This document shows positions 10,979 through 23,796 of a DNA stretch of 64,000 bases, one piece after another. Both the position numbers and the translations under genes were made by a program. Within the stretch, counting starts at the first letter, position 1; each line of letters begins with the position of its first letter. The DNA lies in the NCBI GenBank assembly GCA_001661245.1, contig KV454011.1, positions 734,348 to 798,347 of the forward strand, read 5' to 3'. This stretch comes from Pachysolen tannophilus NRRL Y-2460. Taxonomy: Eukaryota. A model generated the notes under the pieces. It was not told the origin of the DNA, did no database searches, and saw only the letters and a list, made by a program, of their open reading frames with translations.

Positions 10979-11569
10979 AATTACCAATTTTTTATACTCT
11001 CAATTGTTTTCAACAAATTATTGCTGATTATTGAGATTTCAATTCCTTCATATAACTATTTCAATGACTTATTTTCCAAAAATATTTACACTTAGTTATT
11101 GTGTAAAAAGTGTTTTGTACCGCTGATAGAAATAGCAAACATCAATGTCCGAAATCTACGAGAAATTTGATATCGGTAAAACGACTTTTGGTTTTACCTT
11201 TGGTAGGAAACATTAACAGAGACAATAGATAAATGATAAAAGATGGTGCCAATGAATGGCGATGAAAGATGACAAAGAACTTTATACGAGAAAAATATAT
11301 AGAGAAATTGCTGGAGTTAAAAATGTACATAACCAAAATAAAAATTTTTTGAAGTAAGAAGAAAGATAACAAACAAAAAAAAAAAGAAAAAGAAATAAAG
11401 AAAAAGAAAAAAATATATAATTATTATAATATAATAAAATTTTTAAAAAAATCTTGATAAATAGCCAAGAGAACTATTCACGTCTATTATATTTTTCCTT
11501 TTCCTCTTTTTGAATCTAACAATAGCAATAGGAGATAGAAAGAATTCAACTTGATTATAACAAATTTAA

Positions 11570-12121
11570 TTACATTTGTTCTTCTTTAATAACGTCGATA
11601 AGCCAATCTAAACCTTCAGATAAACCTTCCCCTTTCAACGCACTACTTGCGACAATACTCCAACTTCTATCTTTTAATTCCACAAGATTCAATGCTTTAC
11701 TAACTTCGGCCGCACTCATCGCTGCTGGCTGATCTTGTTTATTTGCAAACACCAACAACGCACTATCTGACAATTCTTCTTCTTTCAACATTAAATGCAA
11801 TTCTTTCTTGGCAACATCAATTCTTTCTTTATCTGTGGAATCCACAACAAATATAACAGCAGCGGTATTGGCATAATAGCACCTCCAATATGGACGAATG
11901 GATGTCTGACCGCCCAAGTCCCACATATTTATAGAAATGTTTTTATATTGCATTGTCTCAACATTAAATCCTATGGTTGGCTTTGTCTTAACTACTTCAC
12001 CCATTTGTAATTTGTATAAGATTGTTGTCTTACCAGCACCATCCAAGCCTAAAATCAATATTCTTATTTCTTTCTGAAGGCCCCATAATCTTCCAAATAT
12101 ACTGCTAAAGACGTTACCCAT
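11570..12121 (-). CDS. ARL1: ARF-like GTPase 1
   Basis: MG myristoylation start, [29 protein letters not shown]. Confidence 0.97.
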   Translation of the reverse strand: MGNVFSSIFGRLWGLQKEIRILILGLDGAGKTTILYKLQMGEVVKTKPTIGFNVETMQYKNISINMWDLGGQTSIRPYWRCYYANTAAVIFVVDSTDKERIDVAKKELHLMLKEEELSDSALLVFANKQDQPAAMSAAEVSKALNLVELKDRSWSIVASSALKGEGLSEGLDWLIDVIKEEQM

Positions 12122-12735
12122 TTTTTGATATTATTATTATAGTGTATATGTATAATGTTTTATTTTTTAGTTAAGAACAAATAGTTGGACAAAAAAAAAA
12201 AAAAAAAAAGAAAAACCACTAAGAGGACTGACTATGAAGTGATGCAATAAAGCTTTTTATCCTAACCAATATTCTTCTATTTCCTATTTATTATATATAT
12301 ATATATATATATATCAATTGATTCAATTTCAAATGATTTCTGAAACCTTTCTATTTTTTTCCGTAAAAATATAAATATGGTAAAAGTACAAGAAGCAAAA
12401 CACTTCAGAACACTTCAATACCGTTATACCTATCCCCCAAATAAATATAGATCAAGAATCAATTCGATTCAATTCTTATTAAATTCTTCTATTAGTTTTA
12501 AAATCAATAATACAGTTTATAGATCTAAGTTGAACGTTAAAAAAAAACATAGGAGCTATCCAATTATTAAACATAGTTGAATTTCCCAGAAAATGAGAAT
12601 GAATTTTGAATGATCTTACACGACTATGATAATTGACAATGTCTTTGACAACGTCATTGACGATGTATTTTGACTACATTTGAGATTGGTTGCAATCAGT
12701 TCATTTTCAGCTAGATAAGTCTATATATATATATC

Positions 12736-14268
12736 TTAGCGCCTTTTAGCTTCTTCTCTTTCTTTGACTCTTTGGAATATAATCTTGACCATTTCGTTTC
12801 CCAACTTGTTGGCCTCCAGCAACATGGGTGCAAAAAATCTTTGAGTTTCTTCAAACTGCTGTCTATAGAGATTATAATCTCCGTAAGATACAACATTTGA
12901 CCAGTTTCTTGCAGCTAAGGTAAACTCCAAATCATCTTGTCTGAAGCTTGTATCACTTATGGCGACATTTAAGCACTCTTCTAACAAATTTGGAGAACAA
13001 AACAAATATTCAGTGACTCCTAAAAATATTCTAAAAAGCTATATTTGAACAAAATGAAAAATTTTTTTTTTTTTTGAAGTAAATAAGTTAGTAACTATAA
13101 GTTATTATTAATTTGAAAATTGGGTTCAATAAATACTTACTGGTGTTGAACAAATGATATGATCGTAAGGCACAATGTCCAACTTACTCCAACTATCAAC
13201 TATTCCCAACAATGAAAGATGTGAATTAGGCTGCCTTCCTTCCGGAGGCTCTTTATTTAAAGAAAACTGTTGTAACAAATCATCATCTAATAATAACTCA
13301 TAGTTATTATCCAAATGTCCAAAAACTTTTTCTCTAGCACCTAAAACTCTTTTCCGTAACTCTTCTCCTTTACCTTGGATCATTAAAGTAAATAATTCGG
13401 TAACAGAATTAGCATACTGTAATATTTGTTCATGAGCTGAAGGATTTGTAATAGCTAAACCAGCATATACATGCCATTTATTTGAATAAATTCTCAATGA
13501 AATGTTAATCTTGGCATTTTCTAATCCCCCAATCCATCTTTTAGCTTCCCATGGATATTCTTTTGTAGCATGCCACGCCACACCCATACTCAAGAATGCT
13601 GCATGTGTTAATGCCTGGGTATCAGCAGTTATCTTATCATGTTCTTTAGCTGTAAGATAAACCTTCTTGGAATTCAAACACGACATGAGTGCATCTACAA
13701 ATTGTCTAGATTCTTCAGAGTATGATCTATGATCAATTATTACTAAAGGTTGACCGGCAGTATTTACCTTTGGACCATGAAGGGAATGAACAGAAATTAT
13801 TTCAACATCTTTTGGTAAATATTTCTCAAAAGCTGCAACTTCCGGGGCTTTACAAGAGGTCTGACCACCAACTATAGCACCAAGTTTAGTAGACTCTCCA
13901 TAAAGAGAAACAACTTTACCAATTGATTCAGCTTCAACGCTATAAATAATGTAATCAGAACATCTTGATACTTGATGTCCATTTTTAAGAATTGTGAAAT
14001 TTTCATCACAGTATTTTTGTTTTGATTCTTCAAATGTTTCTTCTCTATCACATCCAACAACACTTTATTTTATAAAAATTCATAGATGTTAGGTCATGCC
14101 AGTTTTATACAAATTTTGAACATACATATATACTTACTTCCATCCTGATTCAGTAAACCTCCTAGCATACAAAAGACCCATATCCCCTAGGCCAATGATA
14201 CCTATAGTCTTTGTCGACTTCCATAAGGTCACTTGCTCTTTGGATGCTTGTTTCCCAATAAAGCCCAT
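12736..14268 (-). CDS. TYR1: Prephenate dehydrogenase; exons 14268-14138, 14062-13141, 13038-12736
   Basis: IGIIGLGDMG Rossmann motif, GGQTSCK, HSLHGP, HDKITADTQ, NKWHVYAGLAI, ICSTP|LFRIFLG. Both introns restore the frame. Confidence 0.93.
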
Positions 14269-14715
14269 ATTCTTCGTCTAAAAGACAATAATGACAACTA
14301 AAAAAAAAAACAAAAAAAAACAGTTTACAAAAACAATCCTGTTTATAACTCCTAAAAAGCAAACAAATATAATAAGGAAACCCTGTTCTTGACTGAAGAC
14401 TAGCAATACAATTGCCTAGAGCTGATAGTTATTAGTTCTATATATCTATCTAGTCTACAAAAATCTAAATGTTATTTTTTAAATCACAAAAAAAAAAAAG
14501 CTTTTTTTTCTTCATTAGACAAAAATTCAGGGCTTTAATTTAATGCTTGAAGACTGACGACGATACATAATATCGATCTACTTTGCTAAGACTCTAGTCA
14601 TCATATATATATATATAATCATCTATTGATAGATCTTATATAATAATATCAAATAGGAATATTTAAAATTTCTAATCTTGAACTGCAATTACATTTTTTT
14701 CTTGCTTTTGTTATG

Positions 14716-16203
14716 TTACAATAAACCAATATAATCATCAATTTTTTCTTCTATGATACCATCTTTTTGCTCGCGAAGATCTAACCATGTCACATTTTTG
14801 AATTCATTTTCACTTTCTTCTTGTTCGGACTTAGCAGACTCCGTGGACTCCTTCTTGTAAACTTTCAGGACAATTTCCGGTATACATTCATCAACACATA
14901 ATAAGCATATAGCATCATATCCACCAGCACCAGGTACTACACCACCCAAGCACCCTATTAAGTTATTACAATTATTAAGCAAGACAGTTTGCTGTGTAGG
15001 CTCTATTTCAGCACCTGTTTCATTTGTTAGCAATCTCAAATTATGACGAATTTTCGAGATAGAATTTATTATCATTAACAATGGGCTAATATCCACTTTA
15101 TTATCGACACTGTTCAAAATCTTGTTTGCAGATTTTTTACTCAAATATGTTATCAAATCATTATAATAAGCAGGTTCATTAATGGATATTTTTTGTAAAG
15201 TTGCTAATGCTTCCACGAGTTCCATATTTCCATGATTTAAATCTGTGAAAACTTGTAATGCATAATCTGGATTTGATTTTTTCCAATCCAAAACTTTTGA
15301 AACTAATTTAGGAGTATTGGAACCCCCACAAATATCACCCATTAATAATCTAATCTTTGGCGGTAAACAACATTGATCTGTTACAATATTCCAATCAGTT
15401 TCCAAAACTACTTTCCGTAATCTTTGAGAATATTCAAGAATAGAAGTTTTGGATTCATCACTGGATATTAAATCTGTTATCAAGTCTGGTTTGAATCTAC
15501 GATAAACAATCGAGCCAAACGTTGCACTTGCAACATCAAAACCAGAACCAATTTTCTTTTGGGCAATACAATGTGAGACTTGTGAAAGGTTATGGATTAA
15601 TTTTTTATCATTATGATCATTCAATTTCAAATTTTTTTGGAAAACACTTAGCAAAGAAGCTGTTAAAACTGTCACTAAGCCTGCACTTGAACCTAATCCT
15701 GTCTTTGCAACTTTAGTAATTGGTTTTGAATGATATAAAAATTTCTTGCTTCCATTATCTGATATTTTTAAAACAGTATTTTCCTGTGAATGGTAACCCA
15801 GATCAGAAAAAATTAAAACTTTGATTTCAAAATTTGATTCAAAATTCTTACCGATAGCCACATCGAAAAAACATAAAATTGTATAAATTGTACTTTCAAC
15901 AAATGGGTTACACCTATTATTTTTCTCGATTAATTCAAGTTTTCCCCTGTTTTCCAACAAATTCCCAATCTCGTAAACCCATTCACCTTCCTGAAATTGA
16001 GGGGACTCAACAGTAATAATAGAATTCTCAAATAAAGGCGATGCTGTTGCTTTTACCACTGAATGCATTCTAGCAGAAAGAGCAACGACAAAGGAATTGT
16101 AAGTAGGGTCTAATACCAAATAGCCTCCAGCTAACAAAGCCTTACCCGGTGCACTGAAAGATCTCGATATAGAATGTTGACTAGACTGTTCCTGAGTCAT
16201 CAT
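14716..16203 (-). CDS. ERG8: Phosphomevalonate kinase
   Basis: SAPGKALLAGGYLVL, KTGLGSSA, GSGFDVA, VPGAGGYDA GHMP-kinase motifs. Confidence 0.97.
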   Translation of the reverse strand: MMTQEQSSQHSISRSFSAPGKALLAGGYLVLDPTYNSFVVALSARMHSVVKATASPLFENSIITVESPQFQEGEWVYEIGNLLENRGKLELIEKNNRCNPFVESTIYTILCFFDVAIGKNFESNFEIKVLIFSDLGYHSQENTVLKISDNGSKKFLYHSKPITKVAKTGLGSSAGLVTVLTASLLSVFQKNLKLNDHNDKKLIHNLSQVSHCIAQKKIGSGFDVASATFGSIVYRRFKPDLITDLISSDESKTSILEYSQRLRKVVLETDWNIVTDQCCLPPKIRLLMGDICGGSNTPKLVSKVLDWKKSNPDYALQVFTDLNHGNMELVEALATLQKISINEPAYYNDLITYLSKKSANKILNSVDNKVDISPLLMIINSISKIRHNLRLLTNETGAEIEPTQQTVLLNNCNNLIGCLGGVVPGAGGYDAICLLCVDECIPEIVLKVYKKESTESAKSEQEESENEFKNVTWLDLREQKDGIIEEKIDDYIGLL

Positions 16204-16684
16204 TAAGGAATTGTTATCTTTTTTTTATTCTGTAGAGTAGGGATGAAAGTAATATATGACAAAATAGACAAAATAACGAAGAAAAGACAAAAGTAAAACA
16301 CCGAACAAGAAAATTTAACAAAAAAAAACAAAAAAAGAAAAAAACGAATGAACGAAAATAAACCTTTCAAGAGAAGACACTCTATTTTAAGGAAGATCTT
16401 CTCTAATATTTCTTTATTGCAATATTTCTAAAATAATATCATTCATTATATAACAATTATTAAAGATCAACCTTTGTTCTTGTTGTCTTTGAGGTAGTTA
16501 AGCGAGACATTTTTACTAAGGGCTTGATGCACTACTTTCTTTAAGCTCATCACCATCTCTTCGCTTTGTACAAAGTGATGATGGTGTCTTAACTGACTAC
16601 ATAGATCAGTGAAACGAGACTAAATATTGTTTATCTCTATTGATGTGCTATTAATGGCAAAGAAAAAAGCAATAAGCAAAATGT

Positions 16685-17698
16685 CTATTTATCCTTTAAA
16701 ACGTCAATTTTGGTTAACCCTATCAATACTCCATCTTCCACTCTACAACCTTCTACAATTTTCAATTCACCATCAATCATTTCTTTAGCACTCTCTATTC
16801 CTCGAGATATCAACTCTTTGTCATTTTGGAAACTAGAATCGAGATCTGTCCATTTTCCAAAAATTAATAATATATTCCCACTTTGAGTATCGAATGTTAA
16901 TTCCTTAAATTCAACTTTATTATTATAAAAATAATCACCACAGTTTATGTATACCGATTGGGAATATCCATCAGAATAAGAGGATTCAGTGAAAACCGAG
17001 CTGAAGCTTTTCGCAATTCTCACATGATAACCAAATGAAGATTTTGCACCTATAATTCCATATGCGTCTATTGGAGATATAATTTTTTTTTCTTTCAAAT
17101 CAACTGTTACTCTGACGTTAACCGGTACTTCAGGACCATTCAATTCTAAAGCTTCTTTCTCACCAATATTAACATATTTGGTAAATTCTAATTTTGAGTT
17201 ATTTTTTTTTTTCGAAAATGCTTTCTTATGAATAGTTAAACCTTCTTTATAGTTATTATATACTTTATTATTTGACATAAAGGGTAAATTAGATAATTTA
17301 GGTAATTTCTTTGCATATTCAAAATTTTTTAAAGAATCATGTTTAAAAGATGCTTTTCTTAAATATGGAGGAGTTATGAAAAACTGTAATAATGTTGCAA
17401 GTAACATTGCACTATCAGAAATTGCATGTTTCTGGGAATTACCATTTGTTATAGTCAGATTATCATCAAAATTAAATTTTATTTTTTTCGATGATTGACT
17501 GACAACTTCTGGTTGTTCTTGCTCTTTCTCATGATTTCTTTCTTCTGGAATATCCAAAACAACTATTTCACCAACATTATAGGCAGTACAAGTTCTTGCC
17601 AATTGATATGCAACATGTGTAACTTGCTGCAAGTTTTTCGTATTTGATCTAGATATACATGTTGAAGGGACACACACGGTATAAGTAACTGGAGACAT
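16685..17698 (-). CDS. SPOUT-family RNA methyltransferase (C9orf114 / YGR283C-YMR310C-like)
   Basis: YTVCVP start, YQLARTCTAYNVGEIVV, LLQFFITPPYLRK, FGYHVR motifs. Confidence 0.8.
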   Translation of the reverse strand: MSPVTYTVCVPSTCISRSNTKNLQQVTHVAYQLARTCTAYNVGEIVVLDIPEERNHEKEQEQPEVVSQSSKKIKFNFDDNLTITNGNSQKHAISDSAMLLATLLQFFITPPYLRKASFKHDSLKNFEYAKKLPKLSNLPFMSNNKVYNNYKEGLTIHKKAFSKKKNNSKLEFTKYVNIGEKEALELNGPEVPVNVRVTVDLKEKKIISPIDAYGIIGAKSSFGYHVRIAKSFSSVFTESSYSDGYSQSVYINCGDYFYNNKVEFKELTFDTQSGNILLIFGKWTDLDSSFQNDKELISRGIESAKEMIDGELKIVEGCRVEDGVLIGLTKIDVLKDK

Positions 17699-17795
17699 TT
17701 TTTTAATTGGTTTTATAGATTCATTTTTCTTTTCGGAAGCAGACTGCAGAGCAGATGTAGTTACCTTTCTTTTCTAAAAAAATATAAAAAACCCT

Positions 17796-17818
17796 CGATG
17801 AGATGAGATGAATTTTTG
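17796..17818 (+). promoter_or_regulatory. Tandem PAC elements (GATGAG) with adjacent RRPE-like tract
   Basis: CGATGAGATGAGATGAATTTTT about 100 bp upstream of the SPOUT methyltransferase, as in ribosome-biogenesis promoters. Confidence 0.6.
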
Positions 17819-18400
17819 TTAATATATCGTTCTTATCATTAAACGCATAAAAATTTCCAAGTAAACACCTAGAACAAAAAAAAAAAACCCCCACATACCT
17901 TCAAAGCAGGACTACCATCATTTGCTCCTTTATTATCTTTTGTCATAGCAGGATTCAAGTTTTAATTCAACTTATATATATATTTATATACAATATATCA
18001 GAAATATTACAAACTGAAAAATTTTTTAACAGTGTTTATGTAAGAATAAAATTACATACACTACTTAAAATCAAAAAGATTCGCTTTAATTCTAAACGAC
18101 TTGTTGATAATATTAACAAGTTGTTGCAATAAACGTTAAGATTAATTAATATAAACGATTAGAAGCCAGTATTTTTTTCTCTCTCTTTCTATATAGATAT
18201 ATATATATATAACATGATGTGCTGAAACAAAAAAGTTAAAAGTAAGGGTAAAATGGTTTGGTCTTTATTTTTTGTTTTTTCTTTCTTTCTTTCTTTCTTT
18301 ATGTAACTAAGGTTTTTTTTTTTTTTTTTTTTGTTTCTGTTTTAAAACAACGAGGTAATCAAAACAATATTAAACTAATGACAACTACTTTTCCTTTCGC

Positions 18401-19879
18401 TTAATTTTTTTCTTCTTGTTCTTCCTTCTCTTCGCTAGCTTCAACTTCAGCTTCTTGTTTGGTTTCGTCTGATTCACCACCTAAAACTTTCTCAACCAAT
18501 TTTTTGATCTTTTCATCAATTTTCAGTAAATTTTCTTCAGCTTTCAAGATATTTTCTTTTGTAACTTCATCTTGTTTGGCTTCAAAATCAGTCAATTTTG
18601 CTTTTAATTCTTCCAAAGTTTTTGGAACTTCATCTGAAGAAGAAGGTAAAGCAATATTCAATTCACTTAATGCAAATATGATATCTGGTTCAACTGTAAA
18701 ATTCTTTTTTGAAGAAGAAGATTTTTTATTATGCTTATTTTTTTTACCTGCAGTTCCAGCAAAAAACAGAGCAGGTTCTTTTTTCAAAACAACGAGATCT
18801 GATGGCATTTCAACAGTTCTCTTAGTAGTAGTTCTATTAGTATTGTTGGTGACTGAAGAAGTTGGTAAGATCTTTGGTTGTGGTTTAACATGAGATGGAT
18901 CGAAATATGATAATAAGGTATGGATACTATTAATTTCTTGTGTAAAAGCTGGGATTTTAGCTTCTTGTAATTTCAATTCTGCTGATTGTCTTAATTCAAT
19001 TTTTTGTTCTTCAAGATTTTGTAATTTTTCTTCTTCTTTTCTTTTCTTTTTTTCTTCATCTAATTGAGATTTAAATTTTTTAAATTCATCATCAAATTCT
19101 TTTTTAATTGTTCTAATTTGATTATATAAATCATCTTTTTCTTTAATTAAATCACGACGTTTATTATAAATATCATTTCTTTTTTCATTAATTGATTGAT
19201 TACTTAAATTAAGACTATCCAATCTTTTTGAAACTTCTTCAAATTTTTGTTGAACTTCTTTATTTTGTAAAGAAGATAATTTTTTCTTTAATTCAGCAAT
19301 TTTTGCCTTATCATTATCAATTGATTTTTGTTGATTTTCAATTTGTGAAAAATCTTTACGTAATTTTCTTAATGAAGACATTTCTTTAACATATTTTCTT
19401 TCATCAACAATTTTTAAATCTCCAGTAGCAATTAAATCATCCAATTGTTGGACTCTTTTATCAATTTCTTCAACATTTTTAAAATTATTTTTAGAAGTTT
19501 GAGCTTGTAATTCTGAAATTTTTCTTCTTAATGAAGAATCAATATTCTTAATTTGATCATGAATTTGTTCACGCTCTTGTTTAGACAAAGATTGAATTTT
19601 AATCAATTCAGATAACTCCTTTTGTAAGGCTTTTCTTTCATCAAAAACTTTTGAATCTGTCTTTGTACTATTCAATTTATTAGATAATTCATTGATAGTA
19701 ATATCCTTTTGCTTAATCTCATCGTTTAATTTGGAAATTTTTTCACTTCTAGCCTTTTCATCTGGACGTTTGATAAAACGTCTCGCTGGACGATTTCCAG
19801 AAAAATTACTAGAAGCCGTGGAATTTGTAGTACTAGCAGTAGTAGTAGTAGTTGTAGCTGTTGCAGTAGTAGTTGACAT
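18401..19879 (-). CDS. BFR1: Bfr1 mRNP/polysome-associated coiled-coil protein
   Basis: RRFIKRPD start motif, FKNVEEID, IVDERKYVKEMSSLRKLRKDF, EINSIHTLLSYFDP. True ATG at 19879, after a 5'-UTR intron. Confidence 0.88.
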   Translation of the reverse strand: MSTTTATATTTTTTASTTNSTASSNFSGNRPARRFIKRPDEKARSEKISKLNDEIKQKDITINELSNKLNSTKTDSKVFDERKALQKELSELIKIQSLSKQEREQIHDQIKNIDSSLRRKISELQAQTSKNNFKNVEEIDKRVQQLDDLIATGDLKIVDERKYVKEMSSLRKLRKDFSQIENQQKSIDNDKAKIAELKKKLSSLQNKEVQQKFEEVSKRLDSLNLSNQSINEKRNDIYNKRRDLIKEKDDLYNQIRTIKKEFDDEFKKFKSQLDEEKKKRKEEEKLQNLEEQKIELRQSAELKLQEAKIPAFTQEINSIHTLLSYFDPSHVKPQPKILPTSSVTNNTNRTTTKRTVEMPSDLVVLKKEPALFFAGTAGKKNKHNKKSSSSKKNFTVEPDIIFALSELNIALPSSSDEVPKTLEELKAKLTDFEAKQDEVTKENILKAEENLLKIDEKIKKLVEKVLGGESDETKQEAEVEASEEKEEQEEKN

Positions 19880-19889
19880 ATTAAGTAGT

Positions 19890-20008
19890 CTATTTATTAT
19901 AAACAAGAAATTAGTTAGTATGAAAAAGATAAATCAAATTTAAACTAAATGCCAAAAAGCAGAAATAAAAAAAAAAAGTAATCACACATCACCACAGTTC
20001 TTACTTAC
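19890..20008 (-). other. 5'-UTR intron of BFR1
   Basis: GTAAGT at 20008, TACTAAC branch, TAG acceptor 10 nt before the ATG; no ATG in the nearby upstream exon. Confidence 0.75.
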
Positions 20009-20313
20009 AACACTTCTTGGCTATCTATAGAGTACGCAATCTGGTATCAAAATGATTAGAGAGATCTATATATCTATATATATAAAATATATATATATAT
20101 AAATATTTTTAAAAAAAATTGGAAAACCTGGTCTTAATCAATTTCGATCTTGAAAATGGAAAAATTCAAAGAAAAAATGCTGAAAAATCACCGAGCTCCA
20201 AAATAGGAAACCAAAAGCCGTTAAAAAAAGAAGAGAGAAAGAAATAGAGATAGAGAGATAGAGCTACTTTATCAAATGAGTTTAATTAATCACTATAGCG
20301 TTTCATCATCTCT

Positions 20314-20347
<34 letters not shown>

Positions 20348-20639
20348 ATGTCAATATTTATCAATTCTTGAGAAAGAATACAAACTGTTTATAGTTTTTT
20401 TTTTACAGTTATCTAAGTAAATTTTAGTTTCATCTTTTCAATCTTTTTCATTGTTTTCCATCAAGTGTTGAAAATGGCAGAACGCCTTTTGCCGCGCAAA
20501 AGAGAAAATTTTTTTTCTTTTCTTTTAATGAACGGTGCAAAACAAATAAAAAAAACATAATAAAATAAGATAAATTTAAGATAAATAAAATAAATAAGAA
20601 TAAATTTATTGTATTAATTAGTATTGTATAATTTCATTG

Positions 20640-20671
<32 letters not shown>

Positions 20672-20779
20672 TAACGTAAAAGTTACTTTTTGTCCAGAAA
20701 AGAAAAATAAACATAAAAAAGAAAGAAAAAAATAAAAGAAGAAGTATTAAAAGTAGAAATATAAAAGTAGAAAAAAATA

Positions 20780-21448
20780 NNNNNNNNNNNNNNNNNNNNN
20801 NNNNNNNNNNNNNNNNNNNNNNNNNNNNNNNNNNNNNNNNNNNNNNNNNNNNNNNNNNNNNNNNNNNNNNNNNNNNNNNNNNNNNNNNNNNNNNNNNNNN
20901 NNNNNNNNNNNNNNNNNNNNNNNNNNNNNNNNNNNNNNNNNNNNNNNNNNNNNNNNNNNNNNNNNNNNNNNNNNNNNNNNNNNNNNNNNNNNNNNNNNNN
21001 NNNNNNNNNNNNNNNNNNNNNNNNNNNNNNNNNNNNNNNNNNNNNNNNNNNNNNNNNNNNNNNNNNNNNNNNNNNNNNNNNNNNNNNNNNNNNNNNNNNN
21101 NNNNNNNNNNNNNNNNNNNNNNNNNNNNNNNNNNNNNNNNNNNNNNNNNNNNNNNNNNNNNNNNNNNNNNNNNNNNNNNNNNNNNNNNNNNNNNNNNNNN
21201 NNNNNNNNNNNNNNNNNNNNNNNNNNNNNNNNNNNNNNNNNNNNNNNNNNNNNNNNNNNNNNNNNNNNNNNNNNNNNNNNNNNNNNNNNNNNNNNNNNNN
21301 NNNNNNNNNNNNNNNNNNNNNNNNNNNNNNNNNNNNNNNNNNNNNNNNNNNNNNNNNNNNNNNNNNNNNNNNNNNNNNNNNNNNNNNNNNNNNNNNNNNN
21401 NNNNNNNNNNNNNNNNNNNNNNNNNNNNNNNNNNNNNNNNNNNNNNNN
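20780..21448. other. Assembly gap (N run)
   Basis: Run of N flanked by poly-A and (AT)n low-complexity sequence. Confidence 1.
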
Positions 21449-21450
21449 AC

Positions 21451-21487
<37 letters not shown>

Positions 21488-22266
21488 AATTGTTATAATT
21501 GAAGACGGAACCTTCAATTATACTATTTTGTACTCTGCAAACAAACAGGGATCAAGGGACAATTAAAACCTATCAAAATTACTTGTAAGGGAACCCCTGG
21601 TTACATGCATACTTCCATCTGTGCCCTTTCTTGTTTCCATGCAATCTAGAATTTCTCGTAAATCTATGTAAATCTATATCTTTAAATTATACCGAGACCG
21701 AGAGATGTTATCTCTGGTAAAAAAACACTTGTCTTTCTTTTTTATAAATGTCAGCTTCCATTTATTATCATATATATAACCATGACTTATTTTATTATAT
21801 TATATTATTTTAACCAAATAGAAAGGAAAATTACACACACAAACACATAAATATAGTATAGTACAGAGTATGTAAATTTAAGTTAAATACTCCATTAGTA
21901 ACCATCGTGCCACTAAAATAGTAAAAAAAAAATGATTTTCTAATAATAGCACATATTTTGCCCTTTCGGCTACTAATTAAGGAATTTTACTTGGCTTAAA
22001 AGAGTAAAATCAATTGCCCATTTTCCTAATCGGGAAACTGGCTTCAAAATTTTTTCTTTCTCTTTGGTCTTGTTTGTCTAATAAAATTGACTATATTTAT
22101 ATTATTATAATAATATAAATATATATATAAAGAAAGACCCTTGTTTTCCTCTAATCTTTTCTTTGTTCTTATATATAAATATATTAAATACCCTTGACTT
22201 ATTATATTACAAAAAATAAATAAGTTATATTCTTTCGTTTTTAAAGGATTATAATATAATATAGTG

Positions 22267-23331
22267 ATGTTAGTTGACAAGAAACTTATAGCTGCTGTTG
22301 TTGCTCTCGCTTCAGCTACAGTTAGCGCCAAAGGTTCAGTATGTATTATTACTACTTATTTGTGGTAGTTAAAAAATTTTTTTTTATATATATATTTTTG
22401 AGTTTTATACTAACAGGTTGGTTTTTTTTTATTTTTTTTCTTTTTTTCTTTTTTTTAGTTTGGTTTCGATTTGGGTGTTGTAGACAATGATGATAACTGT
22501 AAAGATGCTGATGATTATATAGCAGATTTAGATGCTATTTCCGGTTATACAAGTCATGTTAAGACTTATGCAGTATCCGATTGTAATACTTTACAAATTT
22601 TAGGTCCAGTCTTGGAAGATAAAGGTTTCACTATTACATTAGGTGTTTGGCCTACAGATGATAATCATTTTGATGAAGAAATAAGTGCATTACAATCTTA
22701 TTTACCAACTATTTCAAAATCAGTTATTTCTGAAATTACTGTTGGTTCTGAAGTTTTATATAGAGGTGATTTAACTGCAGATCAATTAGCTTCAAAAATT
22801 ACTCAAGTTAAAAGTACAATTTCAAGTATTACTGATAAAAATGGTGATAGTTATAGTGATATACCAGTTGGTACAGTTGATTCTTGGAATTGTCTTGTTG
22901 ATAGTAGTGCTGTTGATGCAATTACTGCTTCTGATTTTGTCTTTGCTAATGCTTTTTCTTATTGGCAAGGTCAAACTTTGGCAAATGCTTCTTTTTCATT
23001 TTTTGATGATATTATGCAAGCTTTACAAGTCATTCAAACTGCAAAAGGTTCAACAGATATCTTATTTGCTGTAGGTGAAACTGGTTGGCCAACACAAGGT
23101 ACTTCTTATGGTGATGCTGTTCCATCTACTGCAAATGCACAAACTTTCTTTGAACAAGGTGTTTGTGCAATGCTTGGTTGGGGTGTTGATGTTATCTATT
23201 TCGAAGCATTTGATGAACCATGGAAGGCTGGTGGTTCGGGTACTGCAGATGTTGAACCATACTACGGTGCCTTTGATGATACAAGAACCTTAAAATTCCC
23301 ATTAACTTGTAATTATACTGGAAGCTCATAA
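22267..23331 (+). CDS. BGL2: GH17 endo-beta-1,3-glucanase/glucanosyltransferase; exon 1 22267-22338, intron 22339-22458
   Basis: Signal peptide in exon 1; GTATGT..TACTAAC..TAG intron; YAVSDCNTLQ, VGSEVLYR, NAFSYWQGQ, VGETGWPT, FEAFDEPWK. Confidence 0.95.
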
Positions 23332-23796
23332 AAATAGTATAAATATTAATAATTAAACATAACCAATATACCTCTTTTTTTTTTTTTTATTCTTTTTTAT
23401 TTTTTTAATTTACTTGTTCTTTTCTTTACCATATCCATATAAAAAATATTTTCATCTTCTTCTACAAGATAGTTGAATTTTTACTGCTTTTTCTTTTTCA
23501 TTTTCATTATTTTTTTTTTTTTGTATAAGTAAATTTAACTTGAAATAAATTTTTGTTTTAATTTTAATCTCTCCTGAAAAATTTCCTTTTTGTTTTTGAT
23601 TTTTGTGTGGTTGCGAACTTTAATTTTTCACAAAACAAAAAATGGCAAAAATTTAAAATCACTCTATATATTTATTGACTGATAAGAAAGAATTTAATAC
23701 TGATAAAAGAATATTTATTTAGTTACTTTGTTATTTTATTTTTCTTTTGTTTTTCTTTTTTTTTGAAAGAAGAAGAAATTATTTTGATCAGTTATC

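Noticed and set aside
20747..21517. ORF spanning the first N-gap
   Set aside because: Artefact of translating Ns.
22408..22416. Proximal CAG directly after the BGL2 branch point as an alternative acceptor
   Set aside because: Too close to the branch adenosine; the distal TAG at 22458 after the poly-T tract restores the conserved sequence.
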